A stretch of 64,000 bases of DNA from Candidatus Nomurabacteria bacterium (GCA_023898525.1 CP060227.1:957932-1021931); one strand, 5' to 3'; numbered from the stretch's first letter, positions 17,122 through 26,664 are shown. Made by a program: numbers and translations. The notes: generated by a model from the letters alone, not told the origin.

Positions 17122-17973
17122 ATGTCTAAAAAAAACATAATCAGCTCAAGTTTAATTGCCTTGATTTTGGTTGGGTGGATTAGTTCTGTAGAACCTGTGC
17201 AGGCGGCCTTTGTCCCTTGCGACGGCGTTGATTGTAGTTTATGTAATCTGGTTGACATGATTAATCTAATAATCCTTTGGTTGTTTGGGATAATCTTCCT
17301 TATCTTTGCGGTTATAATGCTGGTGGCTGGGTTCGGCTTAATTACGGCTGGAGGCAATCAAACAGCTCTAGATGAAGCCAAAAAGAAATTCCAGAACGCG
17401 GTTATCGGTATCATAATCGTTATGGCGGCTTGGCTCTTGATTGATACCATTATGAAAGGCTTGCTTACCGACGGTGAAATAAGTGGCTACGGCCCATGGA
17501 CTGATGTGCAGTGTCAGCAGCAGACTGTTCCAATCGAACACGGAGAATTGGGCTACGCTGGAGGTACGCCGCCGGATCCAAATATTACTGCCGAATGTAC
17601 AGACGATGCAGCTTTGATGGCTAAGTACAAAGGTTCACCGGTTGGTGTAGAAGCCCCAGGGCTTAGGAAAATGATTAATTGTTACAGGGCTGATCAGAAT
17701 ATTGAGAAGGTGTTGGATACAAACCAAATTTTCACTGTTGATAGAACACATGAACGTTGTAGCTTAACCAACGGTAATCCGGTTTGTGGCCCTTGTAGTC
17801 ACAGCAATAATTCTATGCACTATGGTCGTGGTAGTGGACAGGGAGCACGAGCAGTCGACTTTAACGCCAGAGGAGTTTCTGAGTCAACTCTCTTTGGTTT
17901 GATCAGAGAGCGACAAAAGGTGTGTGGTGGTACGTTAAATTACGAGAATAGCCATACACATATTAGTTTGTAG
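17122..17973 (+). CDS. Membrane-anchored peptidase M15 (VanY/D-Ala-D-Ala carboxypeptidase-like) with the same N-terminal pilin-like module
   Basis: Paralogous N-terminus (signal peptide, PCDGVDCSLC, two TM helices). C-terminal motifs SMHYGRGSGQGARAVD and ENSHTHISL, typical of zinc M15 peptidases. Confidence 0.6.
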   Translation: MSKKNIISSSLIALILVGWISSVEPVQAAFVPCDGVDCSLCNLVDMINLIILWLFGIIFLIFAVIMLVAGFGLITAGGNQTALDEAKKKFQNAVIGIIIVMAAWLLIDTIMKGLLTDGEISGYGPWTDVQCQQQTVPIEHGELGYAGGTPPDPNITAECTDDAALMAKYKGSPVGVEAPGLRKMINCYRADQNIEKVLDTNQIFTVDRTHERCSLTNGNPVCGPCSHSNNSMHYGRGSGQGARAVDFNARGVSESTLFGLIRERQKVCGGTLNYENSHTHISL

Positions 17974-18319
17974 TGGTTCACGTAATTTGTTTAACGTTGC
18001 GGTCACAGGTCACTAAGCTTGCTCCAAATATTCGCAATTTACTAAGTATCTTTGATTCGTAAAGCAGTGTCTAAACGCTGTTTTACCAGCTGTCGTATCT
18101 GCTTCGCTCGGTGCGACATGCTTCCGGCTCACGCTCCAGCATAAAAGTGATGAAGAGTACTCGGCGGTCACGAGTTACTAATTATTTTATTTCGTTACAC
18201 TCATAAAATAATAAGTACTCGCGACCCCGGCTCAGCTGTTTTTATTTCTGGAAAGGGAAATAAAAACATGCTTCCGCCTCCCGCTCGAGCACGAAAGTGA
18301 CGCAGGTCACTTTCTAAAG

Positions 18320-18352
18320 AAAAAGTACAATGCTGTTGCATTGTACTTTTTC
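18320..18352 (+). terminator. Intrinsic terminator
   Basis: aaaaagtacaatgc-tgtt-gcattgtactttttc, a perfect 14-bp stem followed by TTTTTCTTT. Confidence 0.65.
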
Positions 18353-18361
18353 TTTACTCGC

Positions 18362-18380
18362 GCGGGCCCACGAGGACTCG
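18362..18380 (-). other. Partial copy (19 nt) of the tRNA-Trp 3' end through mid T-loop
   Basis: gcgggcccacgaggactcg is identical to 18542-18560 of the intact gene. Confidence 0.7.
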
Positions 18381-18478
18381 GTCACTCTCATGGCTATTTG
18401 TTTCGTCTATATAACTCACAAATAGCTCATTCGTTCGACCCTGGCTTGTCGGCCCAAAGGGCCCCGACTTCGCCTTTC
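18381..18478. repeat. GGTCAC-family structured element copy C (divergent)
   Basis: GTCACTCTCATGGCTATTTGTTTCGTC... Hairpin-1 stem GCTATTTGT/ACAAATAGC carries two compensatory base-pair changes relative to copies A and B. Followed by the inverted T-arm fragment ggtcctcgtgg. Confidence 0.7.
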
Positions 18479-18542
18479 GGGTCCTCGTGGATCCTCGCTC
18501 GCAAAACAAAAGTAACCCTATTCGGGTTACTTTTGTTGCTCG

Positions 18543-18613
18543 CGGGCCCACGAGGACTCGAACCTCGGCCGCTGGTTTTGGAGACCAGCATTCTACCACT
18601 AAACTATAGGCCC
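18543..18613 (-). tRNA. tRNA-Trp(CCA)
   Basis: Manual fold: acceptor GGGCCTA/TGGGCCC, anticodon stem CTGGT/ACCAG, loop CTCCAAA, T-arm CGAGG-TTCGAGT-CCTCG. Confidence 0.85.
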
Positions 18614-18946
18614 TTAAAATGTCTGGGAGACATTCTAAGTTGAGTGAAAAACTTGGTTTGTCATACCTCATTATCACTCTACTTGCATACCTCTATTATG
18701 TGTCCGGGATAAAATTTGTTGAGTGAAATACTTAATCTGTTTAATTTAATATAGCACTATACTCACAAATCTCTCTTATGTGTCTGTAAGACATCTAAGC
18801 TGAGTGCAACACTCATTTATCTTGCTGTATTAAACAACAAGTGACAGTAATAGTAGGCGAAAGCCGGTGATTGGTCAAGAAATAACCAAGGGTTACCCTT
18901 GAGGAGGAGCTTGCGACGGAAAAGGGTAACCCTTGGATATTTCTTT

Positions 18947-19852
18947 CTAGTTGTCTAGAAGAGTTTTAACTTCCTCTTCAAGTTTATCAACATCAACTGG
19001 GAATTTTTTCCAAATTATGTCTGAATCAGCTTTTAGCCAGGTATATTGACGTTTGGCGAATTGTCTTGATTTGATTATGATTAGCTCCTGCATTTCTGTG
19101 TAAGTAATCTTATTTTGTAAGTACTCTGTAATATATCTATATTCTAGGCCAAAACTTATTAGTTTGTCTGAAGAGATACCTTGCTCGAGTAAGTTTTCTA
19201 CTTCGTCCACCATGCCTTTCTTCAGCCGGTTTTCCAGTCTGGTTTTTATTCTTTTTTCCAGATCTGCTTTGTCGATATCAATTCCTAGGATTACCCAGTC
19301 ATAAGGGGTGGATACGCCTTTGTCCGCACTAGGAACTTTACCCAGAGACTCAATTATCTCCAAAGAGCGAATTAGTCGTCGACGATTGTGTTCGTCTATA
19401 GTCTTGGCTCTAACCTCATCCTTTTCCAGTAATTTTGTAAAAAGTTCTTCGTTAGAAAGCTTTTCCAACTCAGCCCTTAAAATAGGGTTTGGCGGTACCG
19501 GCGCGGCCGCTTTGCGGCCGCGTAAAAGCTCCAGCCAAAAAAAAGTACCACCAGTCACGATAGGTAATTTATCTCGCTTCAAAATGTTTTCAATAGCCGC
19601 TTTCGCGTCACGTGAAAAATCGGCGCCGGTATATGTTTCTTTAGCTAGGTTCGCTATATCCAGTAGGTAGTGAGGCACGTCTCTCATCTCTGGGGTGGTT
19701 ATTTTACCAGAGCCAATATCCAGACCTCGGTACACTTGTCTAGAGTCAGTAGAAATAACCTCGCCACCAAGGCGAAGTGCAAGTTCCACTGCTAAATCAG
19801 ACTTGCCCGAAGCGGTTGGTCCAACAATGGCTAGGACTTTTGGTTTGGTCAT
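18947..19852 (-). CDS. miaA: tRNA dimethylallyltransferase
   Basis: P-loop GPTASGKS and MiaA core motifs. 301 aa. Confidence 0.9.
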   Translation of the reverse strand: MTKPKVLAIVGPTASGKSDLAVELALRLGGEVISTDSRQVYRGLDIGSGKITTPEMRDVPHYLLDIANLAKETYTGADFSRDAKAAIENILKRDKLPIVTGGTFFWLELLRGRKAAAPVPPNPILRAELEKLSNEELFTKLLEKDEVRAKTIDEHNRRRLIRSLEIIESLGKVPSADKGVSTPYDWVILGIDIDKADLEKRIKTRLENRLKKGMVDEVENLLEQGISSDKLISFGLEYRYITEYLQNKITYTEMQELIIIKSRQFAKRQYTWLKADSDIIWKKFPVDVDKLEEEVKTLLDN

Positions 19853-19945
19853 ACAGGGGAGTGTAGCATATTTTTCTATTTATTTTGGTGATAATAAAAT
19901 TCCCAGACTAAGCTGGGAATTAATAATTGGTGACAGGTCTTATGT

Positions 19946-20254
19946 TTAACAGTGTCGCTGCTGTTTTTCGACGACACTAATATTTTCTAGTAGAGTACGC
20001 CTACTTTCTTTTTCTTGTTTTAAGTACTTACTATGGTGTGGCCAGAAGAGAGCTTTTTTCTGCTCTTCTTCTGGCATTGAAAGAACGTCTTCGTAGTAGG
20101 AAATCCATCCTTCCGTTTTTTTGAGGTCACTTTTTAGTTGTTCGAGTGTCTGCTCGTTGTGTTGGCAGTCGGTAGTATATCTGCCAGTTGCGCTACAAGC
20201 GGATATTAAAAAAAGTGCTAAAATTAACAAAAGACCAAGACCAAGTTTTTGCAT
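19946..20254 (-). CDS. Small lipoprotein (hypothetical)
   Basis: Signal peptide with lipobox LISACS. 102 aa. Confidence 0.4.
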   Translation of the reverse strand: MQKLGLGLLLILALFLISACSATGRYTTDCQHNEQTLEQLKSDLKKTEGWISYYEDVLSMPEEEQKKALFWPHHSKYLKQEKESRRTLLENISVVEKQQRHC

Positions 20255-20364
20255 TATTGAAATCTCCTCTAAATGTTGAACTTACTGCTTAAGCAAATCA
20301 TATAAAAGGCCAATTGTCAATATTAAATTTTATAAGCTTCATGACATAATAGGCACTGTTTTGT

Positions 20365-20703
20365 TTGGAGGATAAAGTGCTTAGAAAAATACCAGATCTA
20401 GTTGATTTATTTGCAGAAAAAGTAAGAGAAAAATTGTCAGACTTTGTAAATACTCGTGTCGGTCAGTGGTTTATGAGTTTACCTCTACTTGGTCCAGTTA
20501 TTTTTTTACCAGTACAGTGGACTGCTTGGACTACTGAAAATATAGCTGAATTTCAGGATATAACCTGGCCGTTAATGATTGTATCTAATATCTCTGTTTT
20601 TATAGGTCTATGCTTCAATGGTGATTGGCGACTTAGATTGAGTTTGATTTTTTGGATACAAACTATGGTCTCCATTACTTTAGCTGGTTGGATAAGAGGT
20701 TAG
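20365..20703 (+). CDS. Hypothetical membrane protein
   Basis: 112 aa with three hydrophobic helices. The start is assigned by the ORF track. Confidence 0.35.
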   Translation: MEDKVLRKIPDLVDLFAEKVREKLSDFVNTRVGQWFMSLPLLGPVIFLPVQWTAWTTENIAEFQDITWPLMIVSNISVFIGLCFNGDWRLRLSLIFWIQTMVSITLAGWIRG

Positions 20704-20706
20704 AAG

Positions 20707-20733
20707 AAACCGCTCATAATGAGCGGTTTTTTA
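20707..20733. terminator. Bidirectional terminator
   Basis: aaaccgctcat-aa-tgagcggttttttat. Confidence 0.6.
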
Positions 20734-20736
20734 TAG

Positions 20737-20818
20737 TGGGCGTGGAGGGAGTCGAACCCTCAATCCTTGCGGAACACGATTTTGAGTCGTGCGCGTATAC
20801 CAATTCCGCCACACGCCC
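20737..20818 (-). tRNA. tRNA-Leu(CAA), type II
   Basis: Manual fold: acceptor GGGCGTG/CACGCCC, anticodon stem CACGA/TCGTG, loop CTCAAAA, T-arm GAGGG-TTCGACT-CCCTC. Confidence 0.85.
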
Positions 20819-20953
20819 ATCTGTATCTCAGAGTGTACCAGATTTGCTGAAAAATAAAAGTTATAAACAGTGGCACTTATTACTGTATGGTACAATAGTC
20901 AAATAATAGCGAACGCAAGTTCGGAGGTAATTAATTACGGTTTTTAGTATTGT

Positions 20954-22408
20954 ATGGCATTTCAGGGAGATTCAATTTTTTGGGTAGAAGTAGAAAAAAT
21001 AGTTCCAAATCCGTATCAACCACGGCGCGAGTTTGATGAACAAAAATTGCAGGAGTTAGCTGAATCAGTCCGAATGTACGGGATTTTGCAACCACTTACA
21101 GTTACTAGAAACGAGGTTCAGCGTGGAGACGGAACTTTTTATACTGAATATGAGTTGGTAGCAGGAGAGCGACGTTTGCGAGCGAGTAAATTGGCTGGAC
21201 TGACTCAAGTGCCGGTTATTATTCGTGATGGTGAAAACAACGATCAAGAAAAACTAGAACTAGCTATTATCGAAAACTTGCAGCGTGAAGATCTTAATTC
21301 TGTTGATAGGGCTATTGCCTTCAAGCAGCTCGCTGATACTTTTGGACTCTCTCATTCGCAGGTGGCCAAGAAGGTTGGTCGTAGTCGTGAATATGTCTCG
21401 AACTCCATTCGTCTTCTTGGCTTGCCTGACTATATGCTGAGCGCTCTTCGTAAAGGGGAACTCACAGAAGGGCACGCCAGAACCCTCTTGATGCTTAATG
21501 ATAAGCCGGAAGAGCAAGATGTGGTGTTTCGAGAGATTCTACTCAAGAAACTGTCAGTTCGCGAGCTAGAGAAGATTGTTCGTAAAATTGCCACTGATAA
21601 AGTGAGAAAAAAAGCCCCAGGTGAATTTGATACTGAACTCATTGAGATGGAGAAAGAGTTTATGGAGACCTTGGGAACCAGGGTGCATATTCAAAAAACT
21701 GAGTACGGTGGACAGCTAACTATCGATTATTTTTCGGTTGATGACTTGGAGATGATTTTGAAACGCATGAAAGATGATCATATAAAAATGCAACTTGGGG
21801 CGAGTGGGGATATTTCAAAGTTGGAAACACACACGCCACTCACCACGATAAAAGAAGATGAAACCGTGTCATCTAAGGTTGATGAGGAAGAGTTAATGCA
21901 TCAAGAATTCGATGAGATTGGTTTACATATACATGACGATGAAACTCGTAATAGTGTTTATGTTCACAGAGACCAAAGTCACACTCAAGAAAGTAGTAAT
22001 ACTTCAAATCTATCTGACGATGAAAAACCGGATGTGACCGATGTGCAGCCAGAGCCTGTCTCTGTGTCTGACACTGACACACCAACTTCTGCACCTAAGG
22101 TATCGGGCGATCATTATCCTAGGGCTGATTACGGCAATCCAATGCCTCAGTCACCAGAATCGCCGGTGTTATCACCGACTCAAACCGATGTACAGCAACC
22201 GAGTCCGGCTTATGCTCCTGTTAAGTCAGCTTCTGAAGCGGTTGGAGTAGAGGTAAATCATAACGAATCTGAATACATCAAACCGACGGTAGAATCTTCT
22301 GTTTCGTCTTTTCAGTCAGATCAGAACGTATCCAGTAATCCAACAAAACCGCCAGTAAAGAATACTGACGATAGTGATTTATATTCAATTCGAAACTTCA
22401 CAGTTTAG
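20954..22408 (+). CDS. parB: ParB/Spo0J-family DNA-binding protein with a long disordered S/P/T/D-rich C-terminal tail
   Basis: ParB box GERRLRAS and an HTH region. Roughly 200 aa of low-complexity C-terminus. No adjacent parA. Confidence 0.75.
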   Translation: MAFQGDSIFWVEVEKIVPNPYQPRREFDEQKLQELAESVRMYGILQPLTVTRNEVQRGDGTFYTEYELVAGERRLRASKLAGLTQVPVIIRDGENNDQEKLELAIIENLQREDLNSVDRAIAFKQLADTFGLSHSQVAKKVGRSREYVSNSIRLLGLPDYMLSALRKGELTEGHARTLLMLNDKPEEQDVVFREILLKKLSVRELEKIVRKIATDKVRKKAPGEFDTELIEMEKEFMETLGTRVHIQKTEYGGQLTIDYFSVDDLEMILKRMKDDHIKMQLGASGDISKLETHTPLTTIKEDETVSSKVDEEELMHQEFDEIGLHIHDDETRNSVYVHRDQSHTQESSNTSNLSDDEKPDVTDVQPEPVSVSDTDTPTSAPKVSGDHYPRADYGNPMPQSPESPVLSPTQTDVQQPSPAYAPVKSASEAVGVEVNHNESEYIKPTVESSVSSFQSDQNVSSNPTKPPVKNTDDSDLYSIRNFTV

Positions 22409-23952
22409 TGTCTTAATTTTTCTTCCTCATCCAAAGCTGTTCTAATACGTCGTCTAGCTAGCGAGGTGCGAGCTGAGATTAGCCATTTTTCAGTTGGTTT
22501 CGCGGATTTTCTAGTCTCAATCTCTACAATATCGCCGTTTTTTAGTTCAGAATCCAGAGGAATTAGTTTTTTGTTGACTTTGGCTGCAAAGGTTCGTTCA
22601 CCAATTTCCGAGTGAATGGCATAGGCAAAATCTATCGGGGTAGCACCGACCGGTAAATCAACTACGTCGCCGTTTGGAGTAAAGACAAAAATCCGGTTCG
22701 AAAAAAAGTCCCTCTTAATGTCTTCAATAAAGTCAGCGGTAGTTGATTTTTCTTTATCATAAGTTTGACCGATTTGTGATATCCATAGTGGTATTTTGTC
22801 TCTATGAGGAGTGCTTCTGATTTGGTAATGGTCTATAGCATCCTGGCTCTTAGAAAATGGTCTAAACAGACTTGGTATAAGACTCATAAAGATTGACGAA
22901 GTAGAGGCTTTTTCACCAGTTAAGGTTGGTTCTTTATAGGTTATATGTGAAGCCACGCCAAACTCTGCTTCGTGGTGCATTTTGCGAGTTCGGATCTGGA
23001 TTTCCATAATCAAACCATTTTGGGAGGTAACGGTAGTGTGGATGGATTGATAGCCGTTTGGTTTTGGAAAAGCAATATAATCCTTCATTCGGCCTGGTAA
23101 AGGACGCCACAACTCGTGAATAATACCCAGTGCTCGATAACAATCTTCAACTGTCGGTACGATAACTCGCATAGCTAGAAGATCATAAACACCGTTTATA
23201 TCCCAGTCTTTACGCTTTAGTTTATGATAAAGACTGTATAAGCCTTTGACCCGGTATGAGGTACTAAAATCTAGAAGCTTAGCGTCCGCCAACTTCTTCT
23301 GCAAAACTTTCCTTTCTTTTTCTAGAAGTTCGTTTGATTTACCGGTCTTTGATACTAAGAGTTCTTGAACTTTAGTGTATTCATCTGGGTATACATAAGC
23401 AAAGGCCAAGTCCTCTAGCTCCTTGCGAATCTTACCCATACCAAGGCGGTGAGCAACTGGAACATAGATCTCGAGTGTCTCACGAGCGATCCTGGTTTGT
23501 TTTTCGGCTGGTACATATTTAAGGGTTTGCATATTGTGGAGTCGGTCCGCCAACTTTATGATTAATACCCTGATGTCTTGGCTGGTAGCTACAAATAGTT
23601 TTCGTAAACTCTCGTTGTGGCGGTTTGCTCCGTAATAGCGGACTGAACCAAGTTTGGTGACACCGTCTACCAAAAAAAGTATTTCATCGCCAAATAGATT
23701 ACTAATATCTTCCGGAGTAGTATTGGTGTCTTCTACTGTATCGTGTAGTAGTCCGGCGGCAATGGTGCGAGCTCCCATGTCCATGTTAGCCAAAATCATA
23801 CCTACTTCTGCCAAATGGTTCATATATGGTTCTCCCGAGTATCTTTTTTGCTCAGCGTGAACTTTTTCTGCATAGGCAAAAGCATCTTCTACCAATTTAA
23901 TATCCTCCTCAGAAGGATTTTGCATGCGAGCTACTATGTCTTTTGCGGTCAT
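22405..23952 (-). CDS. RelA/SpoT-family (p)ppGpp synthetase/hydrolase (short, 515 aa)
   Basis: HD hydrolase domain (HD motif...HDTVED), a synthetase domain and a TGS-like C-terminus. Overlaps the parB stop by 4 nt (convergent). Confidence 0.85.
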   Translation of the reverse strand: MTAKDIVARMQNPSEEDIKLVEDAFAYAEKVHAEQKRYSGEPYMNHLAEVGMILANMDMGARTIAAGLLHDTVEDTNTTPEDISNLFGDEILFLVDGVTKLGSVRYYGANRHNESLRKLFVATSQDIRVLIIKLADRLHNMQTLKYVPAEKQTRIARETLEIYVPVAHRLGMGKIRKELEDLAFAYVYPDEYTKVQELLVSKTGKSNELLEKERKVLQKKLADAKLLDFSTSYRVKGLYSLYHKLKRKDWDINGVYDLLAMRVIVPTVEDCYRALGIIHELWRPLPGRMKDYIAFPKPNGYQSIHTTVTSQNGLIMEIQIRTRKMHHEAEFGVASHITYKEPTLTGEKASTSSIFMSLIPSLFRPFSKSQDAIDHYQIRSTPHRDKIPLWISQIGQTYDKEKSTTADFIEDIKRDFFSNRIFVFTPNGDVVDLPVGATPIDFAYAIHSEIGERTFAAKVNKKLIPLDSELKNGDIVEIETRKSAKPTEKWLISARTSLARRRIRTALDEEEKLRH

Positions 23953-24052
23953 GGGTTAATTGTATGGGGGAGTGAGAGATATGGCAAGTTTTGTAGTAAA
24001 TATGAGCCGCGAATTTCATTCGCGGCTCAATATACAACTGGTTGAAATCAAA

Positions 24053-24658
24053 TCAAAGCGACCAATTTTCCCATTCTGGAAATAATTCAAAATAATAATC
24101 AGGAACAGCTTTTTGCAGTTGTCTAAACGAAATCATTTCCGGGTTTGGACATCTCATGCAACGTCCGACAAAACCTACATACACTACACCTTCTTCATCG
24201 ACAGGGGAGACGATTATATGTCCACCATCAGCCACTACATGCTCTAGAGCGTGTAGCTGGACTCCGCGATACATATTTTGGGTTACTTTGTCAGTTTCCT
24301 TGACTAAGGCATACCCTTCGTTTTCTTCTCCCGATCCTGCGCCGCCGTCTAAATACATAGAACAGCGGAGTGAGCCGGGTAGAGATTTTGGGACATTATC
24401 AGCACCACCAAATCTACCATCAGAAGTTACAAACCACTGATGATGAACAAGTCCACCCATTCCTACTTTATGATTTTGCCAAAGTTTGAAAGCATGATTG
24501 TCGTTGGGTAAGTTACCCCAAGGGAAAGGATAGCCTAGGTTGGCAGAAAGTAATTCACTGTGTGTGGCAAGTCTAAAACCGTCAGGAATAGTTTGCGATG
24601 GATTTCTTAGTATTACTAAGTTACCGCCGGGTAAAACAATCATTTCTTTACAGTTCAT
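24053..24658 (-). CDS. Hypothetical protein (201 aa, Cys-rich C-terminus CMRCPN)
   Basis: ORF only. No confident family assignment. Confidence 0.4.
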   Translation of the reverse strand: MNCKEMIVLPGGNLVILRNPSQTIPDGFRLATHSELLSANLGYPFPWGNLPNDNHAFKLWQNHKVGMGGLVHHQWFVTSDGRFGGADNVPKSLPGSLRCSMYLDGGAGSGEENEGYALVKETDKVTQNMYRGVQLHALEHVVADGGHIIVSPVDEEGVVYVGFVGRCMRCPNPEMISFRQLQKAVPDYYFELFPEWENWSL

Positions 24659-24736
24659 GATTAGACCTCTTTGTTTAAGATATGGAACAAAAAATAACCG
24701 TTACTATACTACTCTTTGCTTGTTTAAAATAAAATA

Positions 24737-25573
24737 GTGTTGTATTGTTACGACAACATGGAAAATAATCTATTACAAAATCTAGGTATCAGTCCAGAAG
24801 AAAATAAGCTTTATATAAGTATGCTTTCATCAGGGTCGGTGACAGCGGGGGAGTTGGCCAAGCAGACTGGCTTACCACGGCCGTCGGTCTACACCGTTTT
24901 AGACAGATTGATCACCAAAGGTTTGGTAACAGAATCAAGAAAAGATAATAAAAAGATCTTCAAACCGATTCATCCTGATAAGATAATTAATCTATTTGAA
25001 GAAAAGAAAAAAGATTTAGAATTGTCTGAAAGTGAATTTAAAAAAGCTTTACCTGATATCCGCTCACTATTAAGTGATTATTATGTGTCACCAAAGTTAG
25101 AAATTTTTGATACTAAAGAAAGTTTGGAAAGAGTGCTCAAGGATATGCTTTTGTATCGAAATATCGAGACTGAAGCCTTGTGGCCGATTCAAACTATGAT
25201 TGAGACTCTGTCGCCACGCTTTTTTGACTTACACAATCGAGAGCGAATAAAGCGAAATATTTCAGTACGAGCGATTTGGCCGGAAAACCAAGTGGTCAAT
25301 TTTAAAACCCATCCTTATCTAGGATCGGGCGAAGATTTTAACCGCGAGATAAGAATCGCTCCCGGTAACATTGATTTTTCCATGGGTTACTGGATTTATG
25401 GCAAGAAGATTGCTTTTTTATCCTCCAGACAGGAGAGTTTTGGTTTTATTATCGAAAGCGCTGAGTTGGCTAAGACCTTGCGGTCGCAATTTGATATTGT
25501 TTGGAAACAGTCTAGAGCGGTAAAAATGAAGCGGGGTGATGTGGAGAGGTTTGTGAGGTCGTTGAATTCTTGA
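24737..25573 (+). CDS. TrmB-family transcriptional regulator
   Basis: N-terminal winged HTH (LAKQTGLPRPSVYTVLDRLITKGLV) and a TrmB-like C-terminal domain. Confidence 0.6.
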   Translation: MLYCYDNMENNLLQNLGISPEENKLYISMLSSGSVTAGELAKQTGLPRPSVYTVLDRLITKGLVTESRKDNKKIFKPIHPDKIINLFEEKKKDLELSESEFKKALPDIRSLLSDYYVSPKLEIFDTKESLERVLKDMLLYRNIETEALWPIQTMIETLSPRFFDLHNRERIKRNISVRAIWPENQVVNFKTHPYLGSGEDFNREIRIAPGNIDFSMGYWIYGKKIAFLSSRQESFGFIIESAELAKTLRSQFDIVWKQSRAVKMKRGDVERFVRSLNS

Positions 25574-25643
25574 ATCCCCACCTGAAACGCACAAACCCGT
25601 GCTTGAATAGTTTTGTTAGAAACCAATTCAATAACACGGGAAT

Positions 25644-26561
25644 ATGCATCAGCATCTTAATCAATCAGACCGTGCTTGTATAGCCGCTCTTTTAAGAAAA
25701 GAATATTCATACAGTGCTATAGCTAGGGTACTTGAAGTACACCCAAGCACTATTAGTCGCGAAGTGAGAAGGAATAGCAGCGGAAGCTATAGAGTCCATC
25801 ACGCACAGCGCTGTGCGAGATTGAGACGAGCAAACGCTCGGACAATGTATCGCACCATAGACACTAATGTGGTGCTAGAGCAGCACATCATCGATGGACT
25901 CAAACAAGATTGGTCGCCAGACCAAATAGTGGTGCGTTGCGGTGTTTCATCAGTGAGTTCAATCTATCGGTATTTAGAAAGACAGCCACACCTCAAGCAG
26001 TACCTGAGACGCGGTGGCAGACGCAGGCGAAAGTACGGTACCAAACGCATACCAAGCAGGTATCAAGCCAATAAACGTTCAATTCATGAGCGACCACCGA
26101 TACAGAGTATCGGTCATTGGGAGGGTGATACCGTGCTCGGGAGTGAACGGAAGCTACGTATTGTGACGTACGTGGACAAAGTCAGTGGCTATTTGATTGC
26201 CGCAAAGACTTCAGGTGGTGCCGACGCGATACATGCGCAAGCTAGAAAACAGTTTAGACATATGCCGTGCAACTCAATCACTTATGATAATGGAACCGAG
26301 TTTGCCTTGCATCAGATGATTGAGCGAGACTGCAATACCAAAGTGTATTTCGCCGACCCAGGAGCACCACATCAACGTGGTGCAAATGAGAACTGCAATG
26401 GACTCTTGCGGCAGTATTTCCCGAAAGGCACATCGTTTGCTACGATAACTAACAGCGACGTGCAGCGTGCCGTTCGAAGACTAAACAACCGACCGCGCAA
26501 ACGTCTCAACTATTTAACACCACGGGAATTCTTAGAAAAAGAAGGTGTGCATCTCAGGTGA
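25644..26561 (+). CDS. IS30-family transposase (copy 1)
   Basis: N-terminal HTH and DDE triad context (HWEGDTV, DNGTEF, ...E). 305 aa. Terminal inverted repeats not resolved. Confidence 0.85.
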   Translation: MHQHLNQSDRACIAALLRKEYSYSAIARVLEVHPSTISREVRRNSSGSYRVHHAQRCARLRRANARTMYRTIDTNVVLEQHIIDGLKQDWSPDQIVVRCGVSSVSSIYRYLERQPHLKQYLRRGGRRRRKYGTKRIPSRYQANKRSIHERPPIQSIGHWEGDTVLGSERKLRIVTYVDKVSGYLIAAKTSGGADAIHAQARKQFRHMPCNSITYDNGTEFALHQMIERDCNTKVYFADPGAPHQRGANENCNGLLRQYFPKGTSFATITNSDVQRAVRRLNNRPRKRLNYLTPREFLEKEGVHLR

Positions 26562-26664
26562 TTATTTACTATTAAATCTTGCGTAAACAACGTTTATGTG
26601 GTATAAAAGTAATGAATCTACTGGTCTTTTATAGATTTTTCTAAAACTTTTTGGAGAATAACAT

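Noticed and set aside
17980-18352. RNase P RNA / tmRNA / SRP RNA in the long noncoding stretch
   Set aside because: By eye there is no P4 consensus (AGGAAAGUCCGGGCUCC / ACAGAAUCCGGCUUA), no tmRNA tag-reading-frame with a tRNA-Ala-like end, and no SRP domain IV motif. It was left as an unclassified repeat-rich region.
18341-18677. ORFs 18341-18643 (+) and 18354-18677 (-)
   Set aside because: They span tRNA-Trp and element copy C. Spurious.
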